The position numbers and the translations under genes are program-made. Below are positions 42,862 to 51,835 of a DNA stretch of 64,000 nucleotides, piece by piece (the stretch's first letter is position 1; each line of letters begins with the position of its first letter). This DNA comes from an uncultured delta proteobacterium (GTDB taxonomy: Bacteria; Myxococcota; Myxococcia; Myxococcales; Myxococcaceae), in assembly GCA_963776345.1 (NCBI GenBank), contig CAVZMH010000016.1, forward strand, positions 128,001 to 192,000, given 5' to 3'. The notes beneath the pieces were generated by a model. That model was not told the DNA's origin. It searched no databases and saw nothing but the letters and a program-made list of their open reading frames with translations.

Positions 42862-43572
42862 TCAGGGGTGCTTCTGCAAGAAGCGGTCGATGGCGTCCTT
42901 CTGCTGGGTCGCCTTGCCGGTCTGGAACTGGGTGTCGGTGATGCGCACCTGGCGGCCGGCCTGGAGCTCGACGAAGCGCTTCTCCCACTCCTCGGCGGTG
43001 ACCTCGGTCGGCCCGGGCACCTCCACCCGGGGCCCCTTGGGCGGGGGAGGCTTGGCCGACTTCTTCACCTGGGCGTTCACCGCCACCCGGCCCTCGGCCA
43101 CCCGGACGACCGTCTCGCGGATCTTCGGCGGACGGGTCCCGGCGATGAGCGGCGTGGCGTCCACGCGGAAGATGGTGCCCCGCACGCCGGCGACCGCCCG
43201 GGCCGCGCTGACCTCGAACGTCGAGTCGCTCCCGGCGATGGCCTTCTTCACCTTCGCCCAGACCCCTCCGACCAGCAGCTTGAGCGAGACCTTGCTCCGC
43301 TCCTGGGCCTCGAACTCGGCGCGCTCCACCAGGAGCTCGCTGTCCGGACCGAGCACCACCACGCTCTGGTCGGTCAGGGTGAGCTTGACGTTGCCCTCGA
43401 GGCCGGTGCGCAGCGTGTCGTCGAGCTCGACGGACGCGCCCTGCTGCAGCGCCTGCTCGGCGCCGTCCTTCGGGGTCCGGAACGCCGGCCCCTCCACCAC
43501 GGTGACGGTCCCCACCGCCCCCAGGGCCGAGGAGGTCGAGAGCACGAGGACGAGGAGCGCCGCGCGCATCAC
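42862..43572 (-). CDS. Exported FecR-domain protein
   Basis: Signal peptide; VGTVTVVEG, D.LRTG, L.D.SVVVLGPDSEL, AVAGVRGT.F.V, V.EGRVAV. Confidence 0.85.
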   Translation of the reverse strand: MMRAALLVLVLSTSSALGAVGTVTVVEGPAFRTPKDGAEQALQQGASVELDDTLRTGLEGNVKLTLTDQSVVVLGPDSELLVERAEFEAQERSKVSLKLLVGGVWAKVKKAIAGSDSTFEVSAARAVAGVRGTIFRVDATPLIAGTRPPKIRETVVRVAEGRVAVNAQVKKSAKPPPPKGPRVEVPGPTEVTAEEWEKRFVELQAGRQVRITDTQFQTGKATQQKDAIDRFLQKHP

Positions 43573-44753
43573 TTGCCGAGCTTGACCTCGAGCGCGTTGC
43601 CCGAGACGCCGGTCACCGACACCTTGCGCTTGCCGAGCGACTTGCCGTCGATCTGCTCCGCCAGCCGCTCCGCCGTGCCCAGGTAGGTGACCTCGAGCTT
43701 CCCGGTCCCGCCCGCCAGCGAGGGCGATCCGACGTCGCGCACCCCGGCGCTCCAGACGCTCAGCTGCTGCCGGAAGGACTGCAGGGTGGAGAAGTCGCCC
43801 GCGTTCTGCACCTCGACCACGATGCGCGCCCCGCTCTGCTCCGAGGCCCGGAGCGACTCGAGGACCGCCTTCCGCACCTGGCCGGTGATCTCCGCCTCGT
43901 GGCCCTTGACCAGGTTGTAGGCGCTCTCCTCGCGCGAGTTCACGCTCACGTTCGACATCTCGCTCCGGAGCTTCCCCGACACCTTCGCCAGCTGCGCGCC
44001 GGCCGAGGTCTCGAAGACGCCGAGGTCGTAGTCGCCGGTCAGCGGGAAGGCGGAGCGCGGCGCGCCGGGCTGGACCAGGATGCCGTCCGGGGGGACGTCG
44101 CGGAAGGCCACCGTGCCGTAGAGGATGTAGTCGGCCTTGCTCAGGGTGCCGATCTCCTTGGCCTCGGTCGCGCCCAGCGCCACCGCGGACGAGACCCGCA
44201 CCTTCCCGGCGGCGAACGACGGATCGATCATCGTCCAGCCGTCGCGCTTGAACGCGTCGGTCAGCACGGTCGCGGTGACGCCCGAGGTGGTGGTGACGCC
44301 CTTCTCGTCGATGGTCTGTTCTTGTAGCAACACCACCAGCTTCCGTCCCTGGAGCCGCTTCACCAGCGCCTGGACCGCCTGGAGGTCTCGGTCGAGCTCG
44401 GCCGTGCCCACCTTCGCCCGGACCTTCACCTTCACCACGCCGCGCTCGGTGGTCTGCGACAGGACCTCGTAGCTCCGCACGTAGCCCGCGCTGTGCGAGT
44501 AGACCTGGTCCGAGACCAGCTGGCTGTTCACCGCCAGCGACTGCGACGAGACCAGCACCCCCGCCACCTGCTCCACCGCGCTCCGCAGCGCGGCCTCCTT
44601 CGCCTCGCGGGCCGCCCGGTCCACGTTCCCGCCGACGATGGCCGCCTCGCCCTCGGCCTCCTTGGTGACCACCTCCGGCACCTTCTCCGCGGCCCAGGCC
44701 GGGGCCAGCGCCAGGGCCAGGAGCAGCGCCGCGCCTCGACGTGCATTCCTCAT
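43569..44753 (-). CDS. Exported protein with flagellar assembly protein T (FlgT) N-terminal-like domain
   Basis: Signal peptide; EAEGEAAI......AAREAKEAALRSAVEQVAGV.VSS......D.VYS.S.GYVRSYEVL. Confidence 0.72.
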   Translation of the reverse strand: MRNARRGAALLLALALAPAWAAEKVPEVVTKEAEGEAAIVGGNVDRAAREAKEAALRSAVEQVAGVLVSSQSLAVNSQLVSDQVYSHSAGYVRSYEVLSQTTERGVVKVKVRAKVGTAELDRDLQAVQALVKRLQGRKLVVLLQEQTIDEKGVTTTSGVTATVLTDAFKRDGWTMIDPSFAAGKVRVSSAVALGATEAKEIGTLSKADYILYGTVAFRDVPPDGILVQPGAPRSAFPLTGDYDLGVFETSAGAQLAKVSGKLRSEMSNVSVNSREESAYNLVKGHEAEITGQVRKAVLESLRASEQSGARIVVEVQNAGDFSTLQSFRQQLSVWSAGVRDVGSPSLAGGTGKLEVTYLGTAERLAEQIDGKSLGKRKVSVTGVSGNALEVKLGK

Positions 44754-45539
44754 GGGACGATCGCCACCCGGCCCTCGACCAGGGCCTTCGAGGAGAGCTG
44801 CTCGAGCGCGCGGGCGTCGGCCTCCGCCAGGACCAGATCCGAGCCCTGCGCCTTCTGCGCCTTGACCAGCAGCGGGTTGTTGCCGAGGGCCGGCGCGTGC
44901 GTCGCCTGCTCGAGGCTCTTGAAGTACCGGGCCGGGACCGCGTCCTTGCGCGCGGCGGCGCCCATCACCTCGGCGGCGTAGAGCACCTTGCCCGAGCGCG
45001 TCGAGCAGCCGCGGCGCGAGCACCGGCTGCACTCCGAGCCCGCGCGCATCGACCAGCAGACCGGTGTAGCGGCCCTCGGTCGTCTTGGCCGCCACCGTCT
45101 CGGCCGGCGCCGCGGCGGGCTCGAGCACCGCCTGGGCGATGCCCGAGAGCGGGACCTCGACGTCCATCTCCACGCCCTGATCGCTGTAGTACCGCTTCTT
45201 CACCACCTTGAAGCCCCTCACCACGCCCTCGACGCGGCCCTTCACCTCGTCCTTCGCCATCACCTCCCCCACCGTCTTCTCGGAGGAGATGCGGATGCCC
45301 TTGGCCTGGGCGATGAGGTTGCGAAAGGCGTCGAGCTGGGCGGCCTTCTCCGCCCCGAGGCGTGCCTGCGCCGGGCTGAGCGAGCGCATGTCGGGCGCGC
45401 CGGAGCCGGTGGCCTTGATGACCTGACCTTCCCAGTCGACGGCGCCCTCTCGCCTCGCCGGGTCGGTCTTCGGTGGATCGGCCTTCGCGGGCTCGGCGGC
45501 CAGGAGGGCCAGGGTGACCAGAACGGGATGCAGCAGCAT
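44750..45539 (-). pseudogene. LPP20/FlgP-like exported protein, frameshifted (pseudogene or sequencing error)
   Basis: VDWEG.VIKATG.GAP, A.LGAEKAAQLDAFRNL, YYSD..VE, YTGLLVDARGL..P.LAPRL; continues as SGKVLY..GNNPL..GRVAIV after an extra C near 44996. Confidence 0.75.
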
Positions 45540-45729
45540 CGTGGTGGAGCACCTCCACCTGCCCCCCGGGGCGCCGAGCGTCGGCCGTCGGAACCCACGG
45601 TCGCGGGGAGGTCCGGAAATCAGACGTGACGCGTCCGGAGCGTGTCAAGCGCCACGGGATTCACCCGGGCGCCTCCTGGGGCGAACCCATCCCGGCGCTG
45701 TGCACGCCGGGGCACGGCACGGGCGGTGC

Positions 45730-46068
45730 CTACTCCTCGGCGTCGGTGGCCGCGGTCTCCACGAAGCGGCGGATGAGCTGGCGGTGACGCTCGGTGAGCA
45801 AGGTGAAGCGCACGCCATCCGCCTGCGCGTTCTCCGCCTCCACCCACTCGCGCACCACCTCGCCCTCGGCGTAGATGACCTCGTTCGAGCCTGGGAGCTG
45901 GAACTGGAGCCCCACCCGCCTGCCGGCGTGCTCCGGCTCGAGCAGCCGCGCCAGGCTCACCCCGCCTGGGCTGATGTCGCGCGCACGCGCGGTGTAGGGG
46001 ACCCCACCGACGTACTTGTTGAGCAGGATGTCGACCTGCACCCGCTCCGTCCTGCGTTGCTCGGCCAT
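45730..46068 (-). CDS. Stand-alone PilZ domain protein
   Basis: RxxxR (RRTER) and DxSxxG (DISPGG) c-di-GMP motifs; GEVVR, GVRF. Confidence 0.88.
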   Translation of the reverse strand: MAEQRRTERVQVDILLNKYVGGVPYTARARDISPGGVSLARLLEPEHAGRRVGLQFQLPGSNEVIYAEGEVVREWVEAENAQADGVRFTLLTERHRQLIRRFVETAATDAEE

Positions 46069-46244
46069 CGGTCCGCCTTCCTCCACGAGCACCGGGGGAA
46101 AGCATGCCTCCCGGGAATGACAGGCCGCTGCAGACCTGTTCACTGGCGCCGAACGGTAGGCCGGGGTGTCGATCGGTCAAGAAAACGCCCGGACTTCCTG
46201 GTAAGCGACCCCCGCCAATCACCGACGAAGGGAAAGCAACAGAC

Positions 46245-47048
46245 ATGCGACGACTGTCCTGGCTCCTCCTCGCGATCTCCGCGCCCGCGCTCGCCGCGGC
46301 GCACGACGGAGGCGTGAGCAGCACCCCCACCAAGGCTCCTGACGGAGGCGTGGCCGCCCCCGAGAAGCCGGTTGGCTACCTCAAGACCGCCGAGGACAAG
46401 GAGCTGTACACGCTCGGCTACAGCTTCGGCCGGAACCTCCAGGTCTTCGACCTCTCCCCCGCCGAGCTGGAGATCGTCCGCAAGGCGATCGGCGAGGGCG
46501 CGACGGACAAGAAGCCCCTGGTCTCGCTCGAGACCTACGGGCCGAAGATCCAGGAGCTGGCGACCGCGCGCCACACCCGCGCCGCGCAGAAGAAGGAGGC
46601 CCGCGACAAGCCGTACCTCGACGCGGCGGCGAAGCAGAAGGGCGCGCAGGCGCTCGCCTCGGGCGTGATCTACATCCCGGAGAAGGAAGGCACCGGACCG
46701 AATCCCAAGTCCAGCGACGAGGTGACGGTCAACTACGTGGGCAAGCTGACCAACGGCACCGAGTTCGACTCGAGCTACAAGCGGAACCAGCCGCTCAAGT
46801 TCCAGCTCGACAAGGTCATCTCCTGCTGGACCGAGGGGGTGCAGAAGATGAAGGTGGGCGGCAAGGCCCGCATCGTCTGCCCCTCCAAGGCCGGCTACGG
46901 CGAGAACGGCCAGCCCCGCGCGGGCATCCCCGGCGGCTCGGTGCTCGACTTCAACGTCGAGCTGCTCGACGCGAAGGCGCCGCCTCCGCCTCCGGTCCCG
47001 ACTCCGGGCGCCACCCCGGGGTTCACCCCGCCCCCCAGCGGCAAGTGA
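46245..47048 (+). CDS. fkpA: FKBP-type peptidyl-prolyl isomerase (FkpA/Mip-like)
   Basis: Signal peptide; N-terminal dimerisation helix YTLG; V.VNYVGKL.NGTEFDSS, VISCWTEG, IPGGSVL.F.VELL. Confidence 0.9.
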   Translation: MRRLSWLLLAISAPALAAAHDGGVSSTPTKAPDGGVAAPEKPVGYLKTAEDKELYTLGYSFGRNLQVFDLSPAELEIVRKAIGEGATDKKPLVSLETYGPKIQELATARHTRAAQKKEARDKPYLDAAAKQKGAQALASGVIYIPEKEGTGPNPKSSDEVTVNYVGKLTNGTEFDSSYKRNQPLKFQLDKVISCWTEGVQKMKVGGKARIVCPSKAGYGENGQPRAGIPGGSVLDFNVELLDAKAPPPPPVPTPGATPGFTPPPSGK

Positions 47049-48433
47049 GCAAGGCGCGCCGCTCCGGAAAGGCCTCTCCGGGCCGGCGCGCGCCTGCCGC
47101 ACGACGCCCGTCGGCTCAAGGCGAGCGGGCGGCGACCCCGAGCGACGTCCCCGACCTCTCGGCCCTGCGGGCGGCGCTCCGGCGCTGGACACGGGACTGC
47201 ATCCGCCCTCCGCACCTCCGCTTCCAACACCCGTGGCTCGCGCCGATGCCGCTCAGCCGGGCGGCGGGGCGGGTGCTCTCCGGCTCCGCTTCCGCCGGCC
47301 AGCGCGCCGCGTCCTCCGGCGACGGGTTCAGCTCGGGCGACTATTCGCTCGGGCTCTTCCACCACGACGCGAGCGAGGCGTCGATCGCCCTGCTCGACGA
47401 CCCGGAGCTCCGCGAGGCCGCGGCCGGGAGCCTGCTCTGCCTGCTCGACTGCGCCGACCCCGACGGCCGGGTGCACCGCGCCGAGCTGCCGCACAAGGCG
47501 CGCGAGGCCGAGCCCTCCAAGCCGGTGATCGCCCAGTGGGCCCTGCGCTGCGCCCGGGCGCTCGGGGCGGAGTGGGCCGAGCGTCACCGGGTCTACCCCC
47601 GGGTGGTCGCCTTCCAGCGCTGGCAGGAGCGTCACCTGGCCGGGCTCCACGGCCTGTTCCTGACGTGGAGCGCGCTCCAGAGCGGCTTCGACACCGACGT
47701 GCTCTCCGCCGGCTTCCCCGACCGCACCGTCGAGGGCCCCGACACCAACGCCTTCATGGTGCTGGAGTACGAGGCGCTGGCCGAGCTGGCGCGCCTGCTC
47801 GGGCGCGAGGGCGAGGCCGACGGCTGGCTCGAGTCCGCGGCCACGCTCCGCCGGCGCATCGAGGACCTGCTCTGGAACGAGCCGCTCGGCCACTACGTCG
47901 CGCTCCGCTGGGAGCACGGGGTGGGCGCGCCGGACGCGGAGATCGTCGGCACCCGCGGCGTGGACGGGGCGGTGCAGCCCTTCGTGAGCTGGACCGGGCT
48001 GCTCCCGCTGTACGCCGGGATTCCCTCCCCCGAGCGCGCGCGCCGGATGGTCGAGGTGCTGCTGCGCCCCGAGGGCTTCTGGGGCCCGGTGGGCGTGCGC
48101 ACCTGCCCCGCCGACGACCTCTACTTCCAGCAGTCGCCGCGGGTGCTGCTCTTCGATTTCAAGAAGGGCCGCCGGGGCCCGGTGTCCAACTGGAGCGGAG
48201 CGGTGTGGGTCCTCTCCAGCGCCTACCTCGCCGAGGGGCTCGCCCGGTACGGCTTCGGCGCCGAGGCCCGGGAGCTGGCCATCCGGACGGCGCGGCTGCT
48301 CGCGGACGACCTCGCGCGGACGGGCATGCTGCACGAGTGCTGGAACGACGCCGGGGAAGGCCTCTGGCCGCGGCGCGGCACCTTCGTCTCCTGGAACGTG
48401 CTCGGGCCCTGGCTGCTCGACCGGCACCTCTGA
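47045..48433 (+). CDS. GH63/MGH1-like (alpha/alpha)6 glycoside hydrolase (trehalase-like)
   Basis: LFHHD, SKPVIA, QSGFD, D.NAF, LLPLYAG, WSGAVW, LHECWN...GEG, FVSWN. Confidence 0.7.
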   Translation: MSKARRSGKASPGRRAPAARRPSAQGERAATPSDVPDLSALRAALRRWTRDCIRPPHLRFQHPWLAPMPLSRAAGRVLSGSASAGQRAASSGDGFSSGDYSLGLFHHDASEASIALLDDPELREAAAGSLLCLLDCADPDGRVHRAELPHKAREAEPSKPVIAQWALRCARALGAEWAERHRVYPRVVAFQRWQERHLAGLHGLFLTWSALQSGFDTDVLSAGFPDRTVEGPDTNAFMVLEYEALAELARLLGREGEADGWLESAATLRRRIEDLLWNEPLGHYVALRWEHGVGAPDAEIVGTRGVDGAVQPFVSWTGLLPLYAGIPSPERARRMVEVLLRPEGFWGPVGVRTCPADDLYFQQSPRVLLFDFKKGRRGPVSNWSGAVWVLSSAYLAEGLARYGFGAEARELAIRTARLLADDLARTGMLHECWNDAGEGLWPRRGTFVSWNVLGPWLLDRHL

Positions 48434-48459
48434 GGCCCTGCAGGCCCCGGACGTGCGAA

Positions 48460-48492
48460 GGCCCGGGACTCCTTCGACGGAGTGCCCGGGCC
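48460..48492. terminator. Hairpin between convergent genes (possible bidirectional terminator)
   Basis: GGCCCGGG-ACTCC / GGAGT-G-CCCGGGCC stem. Confidence 0.5.
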
Positions 48493-48527
48493 AATCGTGA
48501 AGGTGCGTTCTCCGAGTGTCGAAGGAG

Positions 48528-48731
48528 TTACTGCGGACGGACGTTCTGCGCCTGCAGGCCCTTCGGACCCCGGGTGATGTCGAAGGTCACCTTCTGCCCC
48601 TCGGCGAGGGTGCGGAACCCATCGGCCTGGATGGCGGTGTGGTGGCAGAACACGTCCTCGCCCCCGCCGTCCTGGGTGATGAAACCAAAGCCCTTCGCAT
48701 CGTTGAACCACTTCACGGTACCAGTTGCCAT
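48528..48731 (-). CDS. Cold-shock protein (CspA family)
   Basis: [24 protein letters not shown]...[21 protein letters not shown]. Confidence 0.97.
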   Translation of the reverse strand: MATGTVKWFNDAKGFGFITQDGGGEDVFCHHTAIQADGFRTLAEGQKVTFDITRGPKGLQAQNVRPQ

Positions 48732-48887
48732 TTCGTTGCTTCCTTCATTTGTCGGCCGGGGATTCACCCCCGTGCCAGCGATCTCGGCCGTCATGGCTCG
48801 AGCGCCGAGGGGCAACATAAGAGCTTCTTCCTCCACTGTCCACGCGCTTTTCCAGGAAGAACGGCTGAACCGGGTCGCGGCGGCACC

Positions 48888-50687
48888 TCACCACCCACAG
48901 GTGCGGCCCTTGTTCGCATCCTGGAGCCAGCTCTGGAGGGGCGCGAAGTACTCCAGCAACGCCCCGCCGTCGATGCGCCGCTCACCGGTGAGCGCCTGGA
49001 GCGCGTCCGGCCAGGGCTTGCTCGCTCCGAGGGCGAGCATCGCCTGGAGACGGCGTCCCGCCTCCTTGCTCCCGGCGAAGGAACAGGTGTGTAGCGGGCC
49101 GGTCTGCCCCCCCGCCCGGCAGAGCGCCCGGTAGAACTGGAACTGGAGCACCCGGGCGAGGAAGTAGCGGGTGTAGGGCACGTTCGCCGGCACGTGGTAC
49201 TTGGCGCCCGGGTCGAAGTCGGCCTCGGTCCGCGGCACCGGCGGCGCCACGCCCTGCTCCTTCGTGCGCAGCGCCCACCAGGACGACTGGTAGTTCGCCG
49301 GCGTGATCTTCCCCGCGAAGACCTGCCACCGCCACTGGTCGATGTCCTTGCCGAAGGGCAGGAACGACACCTTCTCCAGCGCGGCCTTCAGCTGCTCGTT
49401 GATCAGCGCCTTCTGGCTGTCCGGGGGCACCCGGTCGAGGAGCCCCGCCTTCACCAGATAGGCCGGGGTCACCGAGAGCGCGAGCGCGTCGCCCACCGCC
49501 TCGTGGAAGCCGTCGTTCGCCCCGGCCATGTAGAGGAACGGCTGCTTCACGTAGGCGTGCTGGTAGTAGTCGTGCCCGAGCTCGTGGTGGATGGTGATGA
49601 GGTGCTCTTCCTCGGGGCGGATGCACATCTTGATCCGCTGGTCGTCCGACCAGGTCACGTCCCAGGCCGAGGCGTGGCAGACCACCTCCCGGTCGCGCGG
49701 CTTGGTGAACTGCGAGCGGGTCCAGAAGGTCGCCGGAAGCGGATCGAGCCCGAGCCCGGTGAAGAAGGTCTCCCCGAGCTTCACCATCCGCTTGGCGTCC
49801 CACTTCCGCTCCACCAGCTTCCGGGTGACGTCGAGGCTGGACACGCCGGGGTAGGGCTCGACCAGCGGGTAGAGGTTGGTCCACTCCTGGGCCCACATGT
49901 TCCCGAGCAGGTGCGCAGGGATCGGCTTGCCGTCCGGAACCAGGGCCTTGCCGTACTTCTTCTGCAGGCCCGCGCGGACGAAGCAGTGGAGGTCGGAGTA
50001 CAGCGGCTTGACCTGGGCCCAGATGCGGTCGGTCTCGCGCTCGAAGTCGTCCGGGGTCATGTCGTAGGCGCTCCGCCAGAGCGCGCCCAGGTCGCCGAAG
50101 CCGTTGTCCCGCGCCCCCTCGTTGCCCAGGACCACGAAGCGCTCGTAGAGCGGGCGGATCTGCCGGCCCACGCGGTGCCATCCCGTCCAGGCGTCGAGCA
50201 GCGCCTTCGGGTCACGGCTCCGGTCCATCACCTCCTCGAGCTCCTGGAGCTCGCGGCAGGGCCCCTTCCCGTCCGGCCCGCAGTCCTTTCCCGCGCCGTA
50301 GATCCCCTCCATCCTCGCCAGGAGCGCGGTGAGCTCCGACCGATGGCCCGCGTCCGCCGGGGCGAGGACCGGGTTGCTGACCCGGAGCAGCCGGATCATC
50401 CGCGCCGTGTCCGGGTCGAGCGGGAGCCCGTCGAAGCGCTTCGCCTGCTCCAGCGCCTGGCGGGTGTAGGCCAGCAGGTCGTCGTTGGCCCAGGCCGAGG
50501 CGCGCTCGGTGTCCTCGGTGATGTACGTGGACTTGATCCAGTCCGCGGTGGACTGCTTGACGGTGAGGGCCTTCAGCTCCTCGTTCACCTTCTTGATGAA
50601 GGCGCGGGCCTCGTCGGGGCTTGCAGGCGGGGGCGCGGCCAGGGCAGTCAGCGGGAGCAGGAGGAGCAGGAGCGGTGGGGAGCGCAT
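48888..50687 (-). CDS. M2-family (ACE-like) peptidyl-dipeptidase
   Basis: Signal peptide; PAHLLGNMWAQEW, VVCHASAWD, HHELGH (HExxH), GFHEAVGD, FDPGAKYHVP, YTRYF. Confidence 0.93.
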   Translation of the reverse strand: MRSPPLLLLLLPLTALAAPPPASPDEARAFIKKVNEELKALTVKQSTADWIKSTYITEDTERASAWANDDLLAYTRQALEQAKRFDGLPLDPDTARMIRLLRVSNPVLAPADAGHRSELTALLARMEGIYGAGKDCGPDGKGPCRELQELEEVMDRSRDPKALLDAWTGWHRVGRQIRPLYERFVVLGNEGARDNGFGDLGALWRSAYDMTPDDFERETDRIWAQVKPLYSDLHCFVRAGLQKKYGKALVPDGKPIPAHLLGNMWAQEWTNLYPLVEPYPGVSSLDVTRKLVERKWDAKRMVKLGETFFTGLGLDPLPATFWTRSQFTKPRDREVVCHASAWDVTWSDDQRIKMCIRPEEEHLITIHHELGHDYYQHAYVKQPFLYMAGANDGFHEAVGDALALSVTPAYLVKAGLLDRVPPDSQKALINEQLKAALEKVSFLPFGKDIDQWRWQVFAGKITPANYQSSWWALRTKEQGVAPPVPRTEADFDPGAKYHVPANVPYTRYFLARVLQFQFYRALCRAGGQTGPLHTCSFAGSKEAGRRLQAMLALGASKPWPDALQALTGERRIDGGALLEYFAPLQSWLQDANKGRTCGW

Positions 50688-50721
50688 GCGGGTCGCGGAC
50701 CCTAGGCAACCGGACGGTGGG

Positions 50722-51762
50722 ATGGAACGGGCAATCAGGCAGCGGATCCTGGTCTTCCTGAAAGGTGGCATCGGCGACGTGGTGTTCGCCTTGCCCCTGC
50801 TGGGCGACCTGCGCGCCGGTTTCCCCGGCGCCGAGCTGGTCGCGCTCAGCCACGACCAGGGGGCGGACGTGCTGCGGTTCGCGCCCGCAGTGGACGCTGT
50901 CCGGTCCACCGGCCCGATGTCCGCTCGCGCCTCGGTGGCCGCCTCGCTCCGGGCGCTCGGGCCCTTGCGCTTCGACCTGGCGGTCACGCCGGTGCGCTCG
51001 GTGCGGGCCGCCTGGCTCCTCTTCCGCTCCGGCGCCCGGATGCGGGCCGGGTTCGGCGGGGGGCCCGAGCGGCTGCTCCTCACCCACCTCGCCCCGGCGC
51101 GCCCGTTCGAGGTCGTCTTCTCCCGGCGCTTCGAGCGGCTGGCGACGGCGCTAGGGCTCCCCACCGGCGCGCCCGGGCGTCTGGTGGTCGGCGGGCCCGA
51201 GCGCCAGGAGGCCGAGCGCCGGCTGATGAATGCCGGGCGGGAACCCGGACGGCCCCTGGTGGCGCTCCACGTCGGCGGCGGATGGCCCACCAAGCGCTGG
51301 CCGCTCGAGCACTGCCGGGAGCTCGTCTCGACCCTCGCCGCGCGCGGCGCACAGGTGCTCCTGGTCGGCGGGGCCGAGGACCGGGGACGGGCGATGGCCA
51401 TCGCGACCGGCGCACCGCCGGGCGCGGTGCTGGACCGCACCGGCGCGAGCGTCGCCGAGACGATCGCCGAGCTGTCGCTGGGCACGGCGGCGGTGGGGCT
51501 CGACTCCGGCCTCTCGCACGCCGGGGTCGCGCTGGGCATCCCCACGGTGCTGCTCTTCGGGCCGAACGATCCGGACTCGGTGGCGCCGGCCGCGCACGCC
51601 CGGCTGGTGACCCAGCCGCTGCCCTGCCGCCCGTGCAACCGCGCCGGGAAGGTGCGTTGTCCCGAGGGTCACCACCGCTGCATGAGGGACTCCACGCCGG
51701 CGCAGGTGCTCGCGGCGCTCGCCGCACTCGGAGCCCCCGCGGCCCTGGTCGGGGGCCGCTGA
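50722..51762 (+). CDS. Glycosyltransferase family 9 (LPS heptosyltransferase-like)
   Basis: IGDVVFALP, KRWPLE, DSGLSH..VALG.PTV.LFGP, CRPC..C..GHHRCM. Confidence 0.9.
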   Translation: MERAIRQRILVFLKGGIGDVVFALPLLGDLRAGFPGAELVALSHDQGADVLRFAPAVDAVRSTGPMSARASVAASLRALGPLRFDLAVTPVRSVRAAWLLFRSGARMRAGFGGGPERLLLTHLAPARPFEVVFSRRFERLATALGLPTGAPGRLVVGGPERQEAERRLMNAGREPGRPLVALHVGGGWPTKRWPLEHCRELVSTLAARGAQVLLVGGAEDRGRAMAIATGAPPGAVLDRTGASVAETIAELSLGTAAVGLDSGLSHAGVALGIPTVLLFGPNDPDSVAPAAHARLVTQPLPCRPCNRAGKVRCPEGHHRCMRDSTPAQVLAALAALGAPAALVGGR

Positions 51763-51835
51763 CCGACCGGGGGGCCCGGGAGGCCTGCCGGGGTTCCTGC
51801 CTCGCGCGTCCGATGGCCTATGCTCCCGCACTGGC

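Noticed and set aside
43569..45539. Apparent 656-aa LPP20-FlgT fusion
   Set aside because: Artefact of the extra base near 44996. The second gene has its own ATG and signal peptide at 44753.
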